Below are positions 25,672 to 40,635 of a stretch of 64,000 nt of DNA, in pieces. The position numbers were made by a program, and so were the translations under genes. Numbering within the stretch: the first letter of the stretch is position 1; each line of letters starts with the position of its first letter. Source of the stretch: Octopus vulgaris (lineage: Eukaryota); the NCBI GenBank assembly GCA_951406725.2, contig OX597815.1, positions 43,276,001 to 43,340,000 of the forward strand, given 5' to 3'. The notes beneath the pieces were generated by a model. The model saw only the letters and a list, made by a program, of their open reading frames with translations. It was not told where the DNA came from and did no database searches.

Positions 25672-27000
25672 GGAGAGAGAGAGAAGGGAGTAAATAGATG
25701 GATGGATGTTTATTTGCGCATGTCTAAGCTTATAGTGTGTGCCTCTATGTTCTAGAATTGTTCTTTTTATTTCATTAACACTTTCCTTTTTATTTATTTA
25801 TTCTGTATGCTGTGATTAAGATTTTCTTTGTAATTTGCGTATGTAGGGAATGCTTCATAGATGGGATCAGAATAAAAGTTGTCTCGCGTTGTCAATGAAA
25901 ACGGAAATTTAAATAAACAAGCAGAAAGGCTATCTTCCAGGCGGTTTTGTAATTGTCAAATGATTTTGTTTCCTTAATGTTTCTCATGTTACGTCTAATT
26001 TTCCTTTGCATCCTTGACTGCGTCTAACAGCATGCAGTCGCTCAGTTAGTAAATTTAGAATAATACAAGCTCTCAAAGAGAACTTGATAATTTATGAAAA
26101 AAATCAGGTATGTTGTTGATTTAAATTAGCCACGTAATAGTTATCACCTTATTATCCTCAATAGCACCCAATATGAAAGGAATCAACATAATTTGGCTGG
26201 GGTAGGGATAAACTTATGATTTGAAGAAATGTTTCTACTGATATATCTGTAGATAGTGTAAATATTTCGCCAACCTTTATATTTCTACAACTATGAACAG
26301 TGACGTTACAAAAACGCTTTTTCGCAGTGTAAGATGACTATTTCACAGTGAATAAAAATTACTTTTGTGACTGAATCGTGAAGTTGAAATCTTCAATAAC
26401 AAAAGATTTTTCAGAAGCACATTTTGATAAAAACAAGTATAAAAATTGGAATTTATAAGAATTTTCTACACAGTATGGATTTTAATAATTGCTTTCTTTT
26501 AGTAAAAGTTACAGACACCAAATTATTTTATCAGTGGCTTTCTTTCTTATACTATATACGTACATGCATTGTTTTCAAACTGGAAGCAATAACTTGCAGT
26601 GCAATACCCATTACTCTGGAAACAGTTTTTCAGACCTGCTGCTTTTTTCTTTTTTTTTTTGTGCTTATTCTGTTGATGTTCGCCACACTCTATCCTCTTC
26701 TGCCCTTCCAGCTCCTGAAATCAATTAGACTTCAAATATCATTCTACCGTACATTATCACCAACGGTTTCATGATCTATCCTTTTGCTCCCATGACTGAA
26801 TATAGGACAAGATTGATTCTGTGGTCCCTTGATGTGAGTAGGACTCTTATAAACATATAAACCCCTCTTTACCACATAATTTTAGTCGTCTCAGTACTCA
26901 TCACATATCTGTCCTATGTCATAAAGATGACATCAATATCGCTGTTAGCCTTACTAACTGTGATCATTGTATTCCTCTCACTTACATATTGACAATCTCC

Positions 27001-27147
<147 letters not shown>

Positions 27148-27529
27148 CATGTGTGTGTGTGCGTGTGTCTGTGTGTTCTTTATATATGCCATAAACCGGT
27201 CGAAACAGGTATAGCAAGAGAAGAAAATATATTGCTATGAGAGTGTTAAACATTTTGGGTACAAATTCACTGAACTCTGTAAGATGATCGAGTTGATGTG
27301 TTTGGTATAAATATCGATTCTTTTTTATTCGATTACAAGGTATTTTTCTACACTTGTAAGCAAGGAAGTAGAGTTGTGAGATCTATCCTTGTTTAAGTTG
27401 TAGCAATAGAAGAATAGGTCACCTTTAATATTTCGGTCCCCTGAGTTCACATAAAGAAATAAAGCAAGCCTAATGCATTGGATGTATAACGTTAGAGTAC
27501 ATGGATGACGTGGTACATGTGATTAAAAA

Positions 27530-27795
27530 AAAGAGAAATTAGGTGTAGCGTGCAAGGGAGATTACAATTGGTTTAGAAATGAAACTATGGATGTGGAAGA
27601 TCGAGCAAGAAAGGAGCGGAATTGAAAACGGATCTCAGGACACTGAACAGCACAAAGGAGATTAGAAGAGAACGCAAAAGTTTAGCAAAAGCATCTCGCT
27701 GTATTGGAAAGGATGCATCAAACTCTTTTTTACATGGAAATACGGACGTAAATATGATGATGATAAAAACGACGACCATGATGATGACGACGACG
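27530..27795 (+). mobile_element. Degenerate RTE-like LINE 3' end
   Basis: GRSSKK.../KTDLRTLNSTKEIRRER resembles the GRPRKTW...DLR.L.L....DR terminus; ends catggaaatacggacgtaaa(tga)n. Confidence 0.5.
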
Positions 27796-28624
27796 ATTGT
27801 GACGAAATAGGGACAATATGATTTAAAGTCTTTGTACTGAAACATGGAAGGAAATATGTACGATAAAACATGATTTACGGTATGTGTGCATTTTACAAAG
27901 AAATAATAGCAAATGCAGTGAAGCGAATGATTTTTAGTGAAAGCAATGGTTTCTATTATATAGACACAAAAGGTGTATATATGAGGAAGAGAATAAATGA
28001 AAAGTGTTATATTCGCACCTTTGTGGATGATAAATAAAATAGAATAATTTTGCTTCAACCAACTGGACGAATACATTTTTTTCCTTTGCATTGTGATAAC
28101 TTGCTGTTAACATCATATTGATTCAAAGTTAAAATTTCGGAGTTGAATAAAGTCATAATCGATTCAGTTGTACCTTATGACATGTACTTTATTGCTCCTA
28201 GGGGAAAGAAAAGCGAGAAGACTCCAGATTGGAACTACTTAGCTGTAATTATAAACAATACTCAAACAGCTATAAAGTACTTTCAAAAGGGATGATATTG
28301 GGTGCAATAAAGTTTTCAATATAATATGTAATAAAGAAAAGTGTGTATCACAGACCGAAAAATAATTGAAGAACAGTTTCAAATTAGCTGCGGGCATGTC
28401 GTTGTGTTTCTTTGCAATATAATTAATACTACAAACCTATGTTCACCAAGATGGCAATATATACAGTAAATATCTTTTGTGTATAGTTCAACAGAAGAGA
28501 TCATCCAACAACTGATACTGTCTACAGACAACAGATAATGCAACATATGCTATGATTATTAGCACGATGTGAAAGAAGTCTCAGATTCTTAATTCACACA
28601 TACATAGATACATACAGAGAGAGA

Positions 28625-28716
<92 letters not shown>

Positions 28717-30238
28717 AAAAGGATAATTAACTTCAGTAGGTTTAATATATAAAATGAATATGAATGTTTGCTATCAGAGCTAGTTTAAGTAACTGAAATA
28801 ATCAGTCAACAAACCAGGTAAGACATGTTCTAGAATTTGATCGACGATTTAGTGAAGTCAGGGGTAAATTGCAGCTTGTTGGACTTTATAAAATTATTTT
28901 TGATTATTATTATCATTGTTTTTTTTGTTTTGTTTTTTTTGTAGTGCAGCCCGCCTGACAAAGAACCATGTCTCATGCAGTTTGCTTCTCGGAGAAAGGA
29001 CTCCCGTACCTGGTTTAATGTATAATAAGCGGAACTACAATTCATTTTGTTTATAGCAAAGCTTATGTCATCACGTAGAAGAACAATAAAAAATAACGAC
29101 TCTCTCTCTCTCTCCCTCTCTCACACACACACACGCGCACACGCATGCATACTCACACACACATTCACTTACCCACGCACACACACAGACACAGACACAC
29201 ACACAGTTACCATTACTCTCAGGTCCGTTCTGACCCAGAACGGTAGTACCTGTCAGGATCCCATCCAAATTCTAAGTAGATTTCCCAAGGGTAGAGAAGC
29301 TCCCGTTATTTTTGACAAAGCCGTGGTGAAGGCAGTTCTAGTAGAAAAAAATACTCTGCAGCCAAAATATTACCGCTCATCTTGCAATGCTTGTCACTGG
29401 AACCTACAATTGCAATGGAGAGAGTGGTAAAACAGTTATATAAGCTTTTGTCACTTAAATCCAATGACGTGCAATTGTCTCACTATCATTTCATGTCATG
29501 TTCTGCTTTGTATTTTGCAAAGTCCTATGGAGCTGGATGCATATCGATGTGTAGTCATATCCGCGTACATGCAAGGATGAAAGTAAATCAGAACAATCAG
29601 GCTGAATGAGAGACGGTTATCATCTCACAAGATGATGTAATCATCTTGTATGTATGTCATTCTCCAAGTTTATTTCAAAATGCCTTGCCAAAAGAGAAAG
29701 AGCCGGTTTCTAACCTAGATCCAAGGATCCTTGAATGGAATTTCAACAACATCAACAGGGTTTTTTTGCATGTGTGTATGTATGCATGTATGTATGTATG
29801 TATGTATGTATGTATGTATGTATGTATGTATGTATGTATGTATGTATGTATGTATGTATGTATGGATGGATGGATGGATGGATGGGTGGATGGATGGATG
29901 GGTGGATGGATGCATGCATGCATGCATGCATGCATTTTCGAAAAGCGGAATGGAAGTAAAATACTTCATAGCATTACTTTGGATTTCAGTGACTGTAATC
30001 CAAAGAAAAAAAAAGTGTGAATAAACCAGGAATGACATCATTTGGCTTCTAGTAAGAAGATTATTAATGAATCTCATACATGCATGGCATGACTGGAGTT
30101 AGGAAGTCTGATTTGCAACCATATGGTGATCCAGACCAAACGTGCAGCTTAGACAAATTTATTCTGCTATAGCTCTGGGCCGCAGTACATTGTGAGTGTT
30201 AGTAGATGGTAACAGTGGAGAAATTCGCCGTGTGTGTG

Positions 30239-30302
<64 letters not shown>

Positions 30303-30319
30303 TATGTAAATTTTAAAAA

Positions 30320-30435
30320 AATATACAAACTGGGACAAGAACGTGAAACATTAAGAAGACGACACAAAAACACGGACGGGACATTCGAAGCCCTCAATCA
30401 TTAGTCAAGAACCGGATCATCTTCGCAATGTCGGC

Positions 30436-30473
<38 letters not shown>

Positions 30474-30648
30474 TCACAAGATTAATCAGCCGAATTTGCA
30501 AGGATGATCCGGTTCTTGATTGAGGACAGAAAGCTTCGAATGACTCGTCCTTGTTTTTTTTTGTATCGTCTATCTGGATGTTTTGTTGACCCTTTCTGTA
30601 TCACCTAGTTGTCCGGATGTTTTGCGTTCTTGTTCCATTTTGTATTTT
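30320..30648. mobile_element. Fold-back element related to 21166-21428, with (TA)n(CA)n at the axis
   Basis: tcaagaaccggatcatcttcgcaatgtcggct mirrors agccgaatttgcaaggatgatccggttcttga; outer arms acaagaacgtgaaacat and atgttttgcgttcttgt. Confidence 0.7.
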
Positions 30649-31166
30649 ACACACACACACGCGCGTGCACACACACACACACACACACGCGCGCGTGCAC
30701 ACACACACACACACACACATATATATGCATATGCGCGTGTGCTTGTGTGTGATATTGTGTTCGTACCCCACCTCTTGGCAACTGGTTTTAGTATGTTAAA
30801 GTCCATATAACTTAACGGTTTGGCATAAGGGAGACAAATGGAATAAGTAGAAAAATCCACATCTTGGCAACTGGTTCTGGTGTGTTCGAGTCCATGTAAC
30901 TTAACGATTTGACATAAGGGTGAACGATGGAATAAGTAAAAAATAAGCACTGGGGTCGATTTGTTCGATTAAACACTTCAAGGTGGTGCCCCAGCATGGC
31001 TGCACTCCACTGATCAAAACAAATGACACACACACTCACACACATGTGCATGTGCTTATGCATACATGCATACATACATACATACATACATATATACATA
31101 CATACATACATACATACATGTATATGTTGAAGAATAAGAATTAGAAAGTCCTTCGTACAGTATTAT

Positions 31167-31484
<318 letters not shown>

Positions 31485-31945
31485 ATATATATCTATTGAT
31501 GTATATATATATATATGAAGAATACTATAAAAGGAACATATGCCATAGAGTTTAGCATGTAACGCATGTAACAGCGTTGGGAAAGATAGGAAAGGCAAAA
31601 TAATTCTATATTGTTTGAAACCAACAACTTCCATGAGTCTTCATAAAAGTACCCTGTACCCTAACGATTTGAAGTGATGGTTTGTGGGAACATAAACTAA
31701 AAGGAAACGAAGCACGCGCCATATGCTACGTGAGACCGTTGGTGGGGGAACAACACAAAGATGACAGAAGCACGTGCCGTTGGGCTAGAGAGAAAAATCA
31801 ATAGTATTAACACATGGTTTGCCTGGATATAGAAAAACGAAAACGTGGTGCAGGAGGTGAGTGGACCTAGATAATAGTAAAGGAAAAGCAACAAATGAAA
31901 TACAAGACAACTAATCATAGCAGCAGCAGCAGCAGCAACAGCAGC

Positions 31946-31981
<36 letters not shown>

Positions 31982-32739
31982 TTCTATTTTCCTAAGTAAT
32001 TGTTTATTTCCCCCTTATTTAATTTAATATTGTTATTGTTGTTGTTGTTGTTTGGAGAGAGTAGAGGTGGTAGTATTTATTTTGGGTTTGTGAATATGTG
32101 TGTATGTTTGGCTGTTGTTGTTGTTGTTGCAACCACGCTTCTCATTGAAGCTTAATCCCTATCTGCCCGAGAATACAAGCATATATCAAATTTCATGCGA
32201 ACAGGACAAGTAGTTATGGGATTCGGTCGTGTGGAGGAGAGTCAGAAAGACGAAAGAAAAAGGCGTGGACGATCAATTATTCTTGAATTCTTTTCGCATA
32301 AGGGTACAAAATAAATAGCTGTTGCTGTCATTGTTCTGCTTCCACTCCAGTTTATGTGTATTTAATCATTATTTTGCTAAAATAGTTTTAATTTTAAACT
32401 AAATTTAAAGGAGGCGTGAGGTGGCCAGACAAACATAATTGCTCTCTCTCTCTCTCTCTCTTCCCCCCTCTCTCTCTTTTGCTCGACGCCACATACTTCT
32501 ATAATAATATGAACTCTAAAGCGCACATTTAAACATGCACATGCACGATGTATGGAACAAAGGAGGTCAAGTGATAGGCTTTTTAACCCTTTATATTTTT
32601 AAAGCGATGCAAAATGAAAAGATTGAAGATAAAACAAATTTCTTTTGGTAGAGTCACAAGACTATTTTTTTCCTCCTGGGGAAAGATATAATCTAGAGAA
32701 GCGAAACCAGCATATTATCATTACCTTATATCATCTACT

Positions 32740-32831
32740 ATAGACCAAAGCCTTGTGAGTGGATTTGGTAGACGGAAATTGAAAGAAGCCTGTCGCAAAT
32801 AAACATATGTGTGCGCGTCAGTGTGTTTGTG

Positions 32832-32903
<72 letters not shown>

Positions 32904-33112
32904 GGTGCGTCTTTGTGCCTGGGTTTGGTTCCCACCACTGTTTACAACCAGTTTGTTTACGATACTGTAATTTAGCAGTTTGGCAAATCATATCGCTGGA
33001 ATAAGTGTGAAACTTGAAAAATAGGCTCTGAAATCGATTCATTCGACTAAAAAATTTCAAGGCGATGCCCCAGCATGGCCATAAACTGAAACAGTAAAAG
33101 GTAAAAAGTAAG
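32740..33112 (+). mobile_element. SINE family B, 5'-truncated
   Basis: gaccaaagccttgtgagtggatttggtagacgg...(TG)n...ccccagcatggcc. Confidence 0.8.
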
Positions 33113-34149
33113 GTATTTTTCTCCTGGCAAGATTTCTGTCTATACTCGGTTATCCGAACATGAATAATCAGAATATAATCTGGAAATCCTATGAATATTT
33201 AAATAAAAATAGTGTACGTAATCCAAACCTGTGAATATTACTTGAGATTGTGGTAAAAAGGTGTGGAAGGTTGCACTAAAGTACAACATTTTATCGATTA
33301 ATTTACAATCGATTAATTCACATAGACACACATTAATTTACAAAACAAAAAATTAAGTTTTGTTTAACTCATAGCTTCCTGTATTTTCAATCAGAATAAT
33401 TGCCCGAGTTGTTTACATACAATCCGTCTCGTTCCGAAAAACGTATACCATAAAGATCTACTGCACACGATGAAATTAACAACACATATAGACTACACAC
33501 TTAGGTTAGAAACAGACACACACATAGATTGATTCACATACACACACACACACGCACACACATGTGTGCACACATACAGAGATGCATACATAATATTAAG
33601 TAGAATTGAAGGAGAGTGGTGATGGTCTCCGTCGGCAAGTATTGCATTAGTTGGGAAAAGTGTAACAAAAAGAATAAAGTAATGCTGCAATGAGTACTGG
33701 GGCATTTGGCGTTTCGGAGAATGTGACTGTTTCAGAGCTGAGATAGCAGGGGGGAAAATGGAAAGACAAAACAGTTTTATATACCCTGTATTAGAGCAAG
33801 TTGCACAACTATTAAGGAATGTTAAGCAATGTAAGAGTGCATGTGTAGGCAGAACGTAATGGAAGAGGAAAATTCAGAGGGAGATGAAAAGAGAAATATA
33901 AAGAGGAAGAGAAGTTGGGTGAGCATGAGGTGGTGAGAAAATAAAAGTGATGGACGTGCTAAATGGTAAAAAAAGGCTTCTGGTCAGTTTTGCAGCAAAA
34001 TAAAGTACACTAACAGAAAAAAAAAAAAAATGGTTTGACATGGGAATAATCGACACCAAATATAATAAATTTATGGAGTGAGGTAGAAAAAATCATTAAT
34101 CATTGTTTAGAAATAGTAACAGTAAAAATCACAGCAATAATAGAAATCT

Positions 34150-34532
34150 ATTCAAATTTTGGCACAAGGCTAGGAGTTTTAAGAGGAGGTGGTATCTCGT
34201 ATACATCAACCTCAGTGTTCAAATGATACTTATTTCATCGACCCCGAAAGGATGAAAGACAAAGGTGACCTCGGTGAAATTTAAACTAAGTAAAAAGCCA
34301 GAAGAAATGCTGCTAAGCATTTTGATCGGTTCAAATTTTGATGGTTTCAAATTTTGGCCCAAAGCTAGCAATTTCGTGGGAGGGGCTAAATCGATTACTT
34401 CGATCCCGGTACTCAACTGGTATCTGTTTTATCAACCCCGAGAGAGAATTTGAGTTCAGAATGTAAAGACGTACAAAGTGCCGCTCAGTATTTTGTCCGA
34501 CGCGGTAACGATTCTGCTAGCTAACCGTCTTC
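34150..34532 (-). mobile_element. Two tandem diverged SINE family A copies
   Basis: atcgaccccgaaaggatgaaag at ~34236 and a second unit at 34345-34530. Confidence 0.75.
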
Positions 34533-34929
34533 GGTGCGGTGCGGCATTAATAACTGTAATAGCCTACTAGGAACAGTCCACACCCTGCCCAAAATGTTTT
34601 CGATTCAATAGCACAGTCCAAATACAATAATCTTCTTACAAACACACATCATAAACAGTAAGCACCTTATACAGTAAAACAACACGATTCGATAACATTA
34701 ATAACCTATTAAACAGCAGAACACACATTACGTGCATCACAAGCACAAGAAAACAAGAGGCTAAAACTCCAAAGAAAACAAACTGATGCAGTCTAATAAC
34801 AATAGGAGTATATATTCCACCAACACCCACAAAAATATAAGAGCACAGAATAATGCACTAATTCAGCAATGGGTTGAATGGATTATAAGAAAGCATACGG
34901 AATGCATCTCAGTATTGTCTTTTCAGGTG

Positions 34930-35780
34930 ACCTCGGGGTCCATAGGAAGATTAAGAGTTTTGTTTTCTGAAAGGAATAAGATCGTTGAAAGTAGAACCAA
35001 TGTGTGGAAGTAAATCATTAGGAGATGAAAAAATCCAGAGGAAAATATTCCAAGGAGACTCGCTGGTTCCGCTGCTTTCCATAGTTGCATTGATATCTTT
35101 GACAAGAACTCTGAGAATATCTAGACTTGTTTACGAGATTGGTAAGAACGTGGAGAAGAAACGTCATCTGTTGTGTACATATCTTTTCTCGTTACTTGTT
35201 TCAGTCATTGGACTGCGGTCTTGCTGGGGTCAATGTCTCGAAGGGTAGAGTCGAGAAAATCGGCCTCAGTACTATTTTTAAAAGGATGGTACTCATTTTG
35301 TCGAACTCTTTTTGTCAACGCTAAGTTACCGTGACGTTATCGAAATAACACCTGCTGTTAAGTGGTGGTGGGAGACAAACACAGACACACACACACATGG
35401 ACAAATACACACACACACAGACACACACACATGTATGTATATGTGACGGGCTTTTTTCAGTTTACGTCTGGCAAATACACTCACAAGACGGGTTTATATC
35501 TGGACAAGCTCAAATTGTATGTCAAAAATGTAAACTATCTGAATTCTCTTGTGCAAACGGTAAAGATATTTAGAGAGGATACTTGTTTGTAAATTGGCAG
35601 TGAATAAGAGTGAAGCGTCGACAATGAAGAAGTACAAAAGTTTAAACATGATGATTTAACACGTGACGATAATTATTGAAAGAGAATTTACGATATGAGT
35701 ACTTAGGTGAGCTGCAGTATTACTATAAGACAATGTAAAAGTAAATAAGAGCGAAATATCTCCTGTCTAGGAATATACAA
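34930..35780 (+). pseudogene. Decayed Dong/R4-type reverse transcriptase fragment interrupted by a SINE B
   Basis: IQRKIFQGDSLVPLLSIVALISLTRTLR...KRHLL, then SINE B (minus, ~35180-35490), then LYLDKLKLYVKN...LNSLVQTVKIFRED (QGDSL and YMDDLKL motifs). Confidence 0.8.
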
Positions 35781-36254
35781 AGTAAGGTTTGAAACAAAAG
35801 CAAAAAAGAGTAATATTTTTTAAATGAACTATGACAGAATCTCCGGTGGTTAGAGGTGTTGGAGTGAGAGAGTCAAGGGAGTTTATAAATGATAGGAAAG
35901 CTTGGAGAGTGTTTGTGGACGGATAAGTGAATTTGATGTTGCTCAAAGGGGTACGGAACCAGCATCATGCAATGGGAGTAAACCGGCATATGCTATCGGG
36001 CCCCGCTGCTGATATTGGGGGTTGCGTTCTATGCCTTGACCTTATCCGAGAACGCAGCTCACCTCTTTGAGCTGGGAAATGAATGGAATGCCTGGTGTGT
36101 GTCTTGTTGTGGCTACCCATTCCAAAAAAAAAAAAAAAGAAAAAAAAGAAAAAAGGTGGGGAATAAACCTGGGTTTATGTATATGTATATGTAAGACAGA
36201 ACCTGAATTAAACAAACGGACTAAGAAGTTGCTCTCAGTGTATACATACAACAA

Positions 36255-36750
36255 TCCTTTCTACTACAGGCTCAAAGACAGACGTATTTTTCTTTGGTGG
36301 GGGGGGTAGTCAATTACAGCGAACCCAGTGCTCATCTGGTGCTTATTTTTAATTGACCCCGAAATGATGAAAAGAAAAGTTGGCCTCAGTGGAATTTGAA
36401 TTCAGAACGTAAACACGGACGAAATGTCGATAGGCATTTTGTCCGGCACTGTAACGATTCTGCCTGCTTTATGTCTCATTCTTTTATGCGCTTCAACTCA
36501 AAGATGCCGCCATGCTGGGAAACCGTATAAATGTAATAATAATGATTCCTTCTACTATATGCACAAGGCCTGAAATTTTGGGGGAAGGTACTAGTCGATT
36601 ATATTGACTCTAGTACTTCACTAGTATTTCATTTTATCGACCCCAAAAGGATAAAGGGTAAAGTTGACTTCGGCAACATTTCAACTCAGAGTGTAAAGAC
36701 GGACAAAAGACCGCAAACCATTTTGTCCAGCGCGTTTGCGATTCTGATAG
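36255..36750 (-). mobile_element. Two diverged SINE family A copies (alternative tail)
   Basis: cctt(t)ctact tails at ~36257 and ~36548; central block and atttgaattcagaacg present. Confidence 0.75.
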
Positions 36751-36796
36751 ATCGACTCAATGTAAGTATATTCATAATAATGAAAATGCTATTTGC

Positions 36797-37231
36797 AGAT
36801 GATGATGATGATGAGGATGATGAGGATGATGATGATGATGAGGAGGAGGAGGAGGAGGAGGAGGATAATGATGATGATGAAGAGGAGGAGGAGGAAGAAC
36901 GAAAAAGAAGAAAAAGAAGAAGAACGAAAAGAAGAAGAAGAAGGAAAAAGAAGAAGAAGAAGAAGAAGAAGAAGGAAAAAGAAGAAGGAAAAAGAAGAAG
37001 GAAAAAGAAGAAGAAGAAGGAAAAAGTAGAAGGAAAAAGAAGAAGAAGAAGAAGAAGGAAAAAGAAGAAGAAGAAGAAGAAGAAGAAGAAGAAGAAGAAG
37101 AAGAAGAAGAAGAAGAAGAAGAAGAAGAAGAAGAAGAAGAAGAAGAAGAAGAAGAAGAAGAAGAAGAAGAAGAAGAAGAAGAAGAAGAAGAAGAAGAAGA
37201 AGAAGAAGCAGTAGCAGCAGCAGCAGCAGCA
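36797..37231 (+). repeat. Compound trinucleotide tract (GAT)n-(GAG)n-(GAA)n-(GCA)n
   Basis: Directly visible; ~145 bp pure (GAA)n at ~37062-37208. Confidence 0.95.
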
Positions 37232-37893
37232 CAAAATACATTTAAAGCCCGTGATAAAAAGTGAGAAAACAATTTCTGAAATAGATAAAGATGGTTTAAG
37301 CAGCTTTCATGGATTGTGAAATGATCAGAGGTCAAAAAGGAAACATCCACCTCCTGTAGGACGTGAAACATAGAAAGTTAATATAATACACACAGCTATT
37401 CGTATGACTGCAATATAAACTGTTGAACAAAGTACTGTCTGTTAGTTATGTCGAGATGCTTAGATGGCGAGGTAAGAGAGCGGGGAGAGGAGGACAGAAA
37501 ACAATAGAAGTGGGAAGAGGAGGAAAAGAGGAGAGAAGGCTTTGTGTTTTCTTTGCAACGTCACCTCCCATTCGATCTCTTTTCCTTCCTTCCTTCTACC
37601 TATCAATCTGTCCGTCCGGTCTTTCTGTGTTTGCATGCGCGCGTCGCGTGCGTGCGCACACACACAAACACACACACACACACACACACACACGCGCGCA
37701 TATGCACGCACACATACACAGGTACTCACACAAACGCAGAAATACGCACATATACACAGACACATATATATATATGTACATTTACATAAGTACGCATATA
37801 CATACACACAGGCACACAATAAATACACGTGCACGAAGATAGTTGGGGGTGCATACAAGTCTAACGGATAATATAGCGTTGCTTACACACACA

Positions 37894-37925
<32 letters not shown>

Positions 37926-38071
37926 GGCACATATACATATACTTACAAATACACACAGAAAGGCGTGTAAAACGTGGCATACACTTATAAGAACAACCAT
38001 CTACACAGCTACAATCAAGTATTCATGAATTTTCGTTTATCGCAAGCTTATAAAATTTGAGCTTATGTACA

Positions 38072-38348
38072 TCTTTATATATAAAAGTGAAGTTGCGTGT
38101 CTGTCTCCTACGATTTAGATTCCTAACTACTCCCACATTTTGCGGTGCAGTGTACCCAAAAGCGGGTATCTTATAGTCGTGATTCATATCGAGCCCTTCT
38201 GGGTATTAGATTAAAAAAGAAATTTACCATCATTTTTTCCCATTTTTAATGCATTTTTTTTTGCTATTATATAAGGGAAGTAACTCTCTAAAATGCTTAT
38301 ATAGTTATTTCCCTTACAAACCCGAGCAACGCCGGACGATACTGCTAG
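38072..38348 (+). mobile_element. Non-autonomous Helitron (277 bp)
   Basis: a|TCtttatatataaaa ... cccgagcaacgccggac hairpin-gatactgCTAG|t. Inserted between A and T, no TSD; second copy at 42761-43057. Confidence 0.88.
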
Positions 38349-39120
38349 TTTATAATAATGAACGCGAAATTCTGTCGGTCGGTCGGTCGATCCGTCCGTC
38401 GTCCGGGAACCTTGTATCTCACTTTACATTTGCTTTACATAGACATATCATATGTATTTGGAATCAGGATGATCCTGGATTGAAAATTTGCCTTCATTTG
38501 GTTCTTGAACATACAGGATTGGGATCAGGTCTAGATGAAGATTTGTTATATGCTAGCAGTTGAAAATTCAAATGTTTAAAAGAGCTCCAAAAATTTGTGA
38601 ACATACAAGTTCTTCATTTAAACTGAATGTAAAGTAATACAATATTGGTAAGGTACCAATAAATGCTTTATGATTGCTGCTCTCTCAAGTTTAGGACCGT
38701 AAGTCCAGTTAGCCCTCCACAAGAGCTAACCTGGAAGTCCCTACAAAGTGTGGCCTATAAGCTAAACATAAGTGAAAGAGAGAGAGAGAGAGAGATGGAG
38801 AGGGAGAGTGCGAGAGAGAAATGGAGAGGGAGAGAGAGTGTGTGTGTGTGTCTGTGAGAGTGTGTGAGTGTATGTGAGTGTGTGTGTGTGTATGTGTGGG
38901 TTTCTGTGTGAGAGAGAGAAAGTGAAAGAGTGTGTGCGGGCGTGTAAGCATGTGTATGCATGTATATGTATGTGTGTTGATCTACCTATCCAGCTACACA
39001 CGCTTACGCAGATACACACACATACAGACACACGCATACAAGCACACATACACACGCACATGCACATACACATACATACACACATACATACATACATACA
39101 TACATACATACATACATACA

Positions 39121-39152
<32 letters not shown>

Positions 39153-40084
39153 CATATGCATACACATACATATGTACAGACACATGCACATACACATATA
39201 TAGATAGATCTATAGATAAATATAGTTAGATAGATAGACAGAGAGACATACATACATACATACATACATACATACATACATACATACATACATACATACA
39301 TACATACATACATACATACGCATACACGCATACATATGTATAGACACTCACACTCACACACACACTTCGTTATAAACTCGTTCATCCGTTTATCCATTTA
39401 TTCATGTTTGTTTTGTCTGAAATAAGTCGACTGGAAAAGCTAAATCGGAGCATTTCTCTCGATATGTCTATCACCTTTCTACCTTTCCAGATAATAAATA
39501 GACAAAATAGATTAAGAGCTCAATTAAATATATATCATTAACTGGGACGATTTAGCAGATCTTTGCTTAGCAACGGTTGTTAATTGACACAAGTGGTAAC
39601 GTAGAAACATTGAAATTTTGTTCTTACAAAATCTTTCTTTTCTGGTCGATGTGACAGTTTGTGAACCTGGTTCATATCTCATCTCGAGGGCCTTCCCAGA
39701 GAAATTTGACAAGGCAGAATAACTCTGTGTTCGGGACCAGTTGAGCTAGAGGCTTCTCCTTTTGAAATCTGAGGAGGACGCGAGGTTGACTTTTGAAAAT
39801 TTAATTCCTGGAAGCTGGCAGATGGTTAGGAACCTAATTTTGGCTTTTCAACGAACTGACAAAGCCCACATTCAATCATCTTATAGGCCCCACTCATTGC
39901 CAGCTCTGTTTATGCTTTGTCCATTGTTATGACTCATAAATCTTGCTGTTTTAGTTCACCCGACTGGTATCCTGTTATGTATTTTGTATGACTAACAACA
40001 TTTAGTTATTTTGGCAATATGAAGAAAATACCACAAAAGAGTGTTCTGCACTCTATGGATTCACATATATATATACTTCAGAGC

Positions 40085-40335
40085 AATGGTTCTCAACCAT
40101 TTTTTGCCTATGGACTGTTTTGACTCTTATTTTACTCTGCTGGATCACATAGCCATTCGATGTTTAAAAAACCTTATTGCATTTTTAGAATTAAATATAA
40201 TAAGGAATTGTATTAAAAAACTGTTAAAATATTTTGTGTACTGCAGAAGTGTAACCGATTTATTGCACTTAAATTTTGATAACAAGGATCATATGGACCC
40301 AGAGTGATTTGAAAAACATTGACCAGTTGAAACGT
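40085..40335. mobile_element. Degenerate hAT (Charlie/MER5-like) MITE
   Basis: Starts caatggttctcaacc and ends near gaccagttgaaa. Similar end ggttgaagaacattg at ~63789-63803. Confidence 0.45.
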
Positions 40336-40488
40336 GTCCAAGTATTTAACCGATAAGACAGGAAGACATTTTTGGGGCATTATAAACAATGCTGCGGATG
40401 AAAGCTAAACTGGTCTTTAGCGCCGACTAGTGAAAAGCATCGATATGTAAACATAATACATACATACATACATACATACATACATACA

Positions 40489-40522
<34 letters not shown>

Positions 40523-40529
40523 CATACAC

Positions 40530-40591
<62 letters not shown>

Positions 40592-40635
40592 CACAGACTA
40601 TATATATGAGTGTGCGTATGTGTATATTCATATAT

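Noticed and set aside
27170-27215. accggtcgaaacaggta, a possible hammerhead half
   Set aside because: No CUGANGA box recognisable.
28944-29025. Possible exon after a polypyrimidine tract (CSPPDKEPCLMQFASRRKDSRTWFNV*)
   Set aside because: No convincing donor site, partner exons or recognisable protein; it needs RNA-seq.
29627-29649. 10-bp hairpin acaagatgat-gta-atcatcttgt
   Set aside because: A single short hairpin is plausible by chance in 64 kb of AT-rich DNA.
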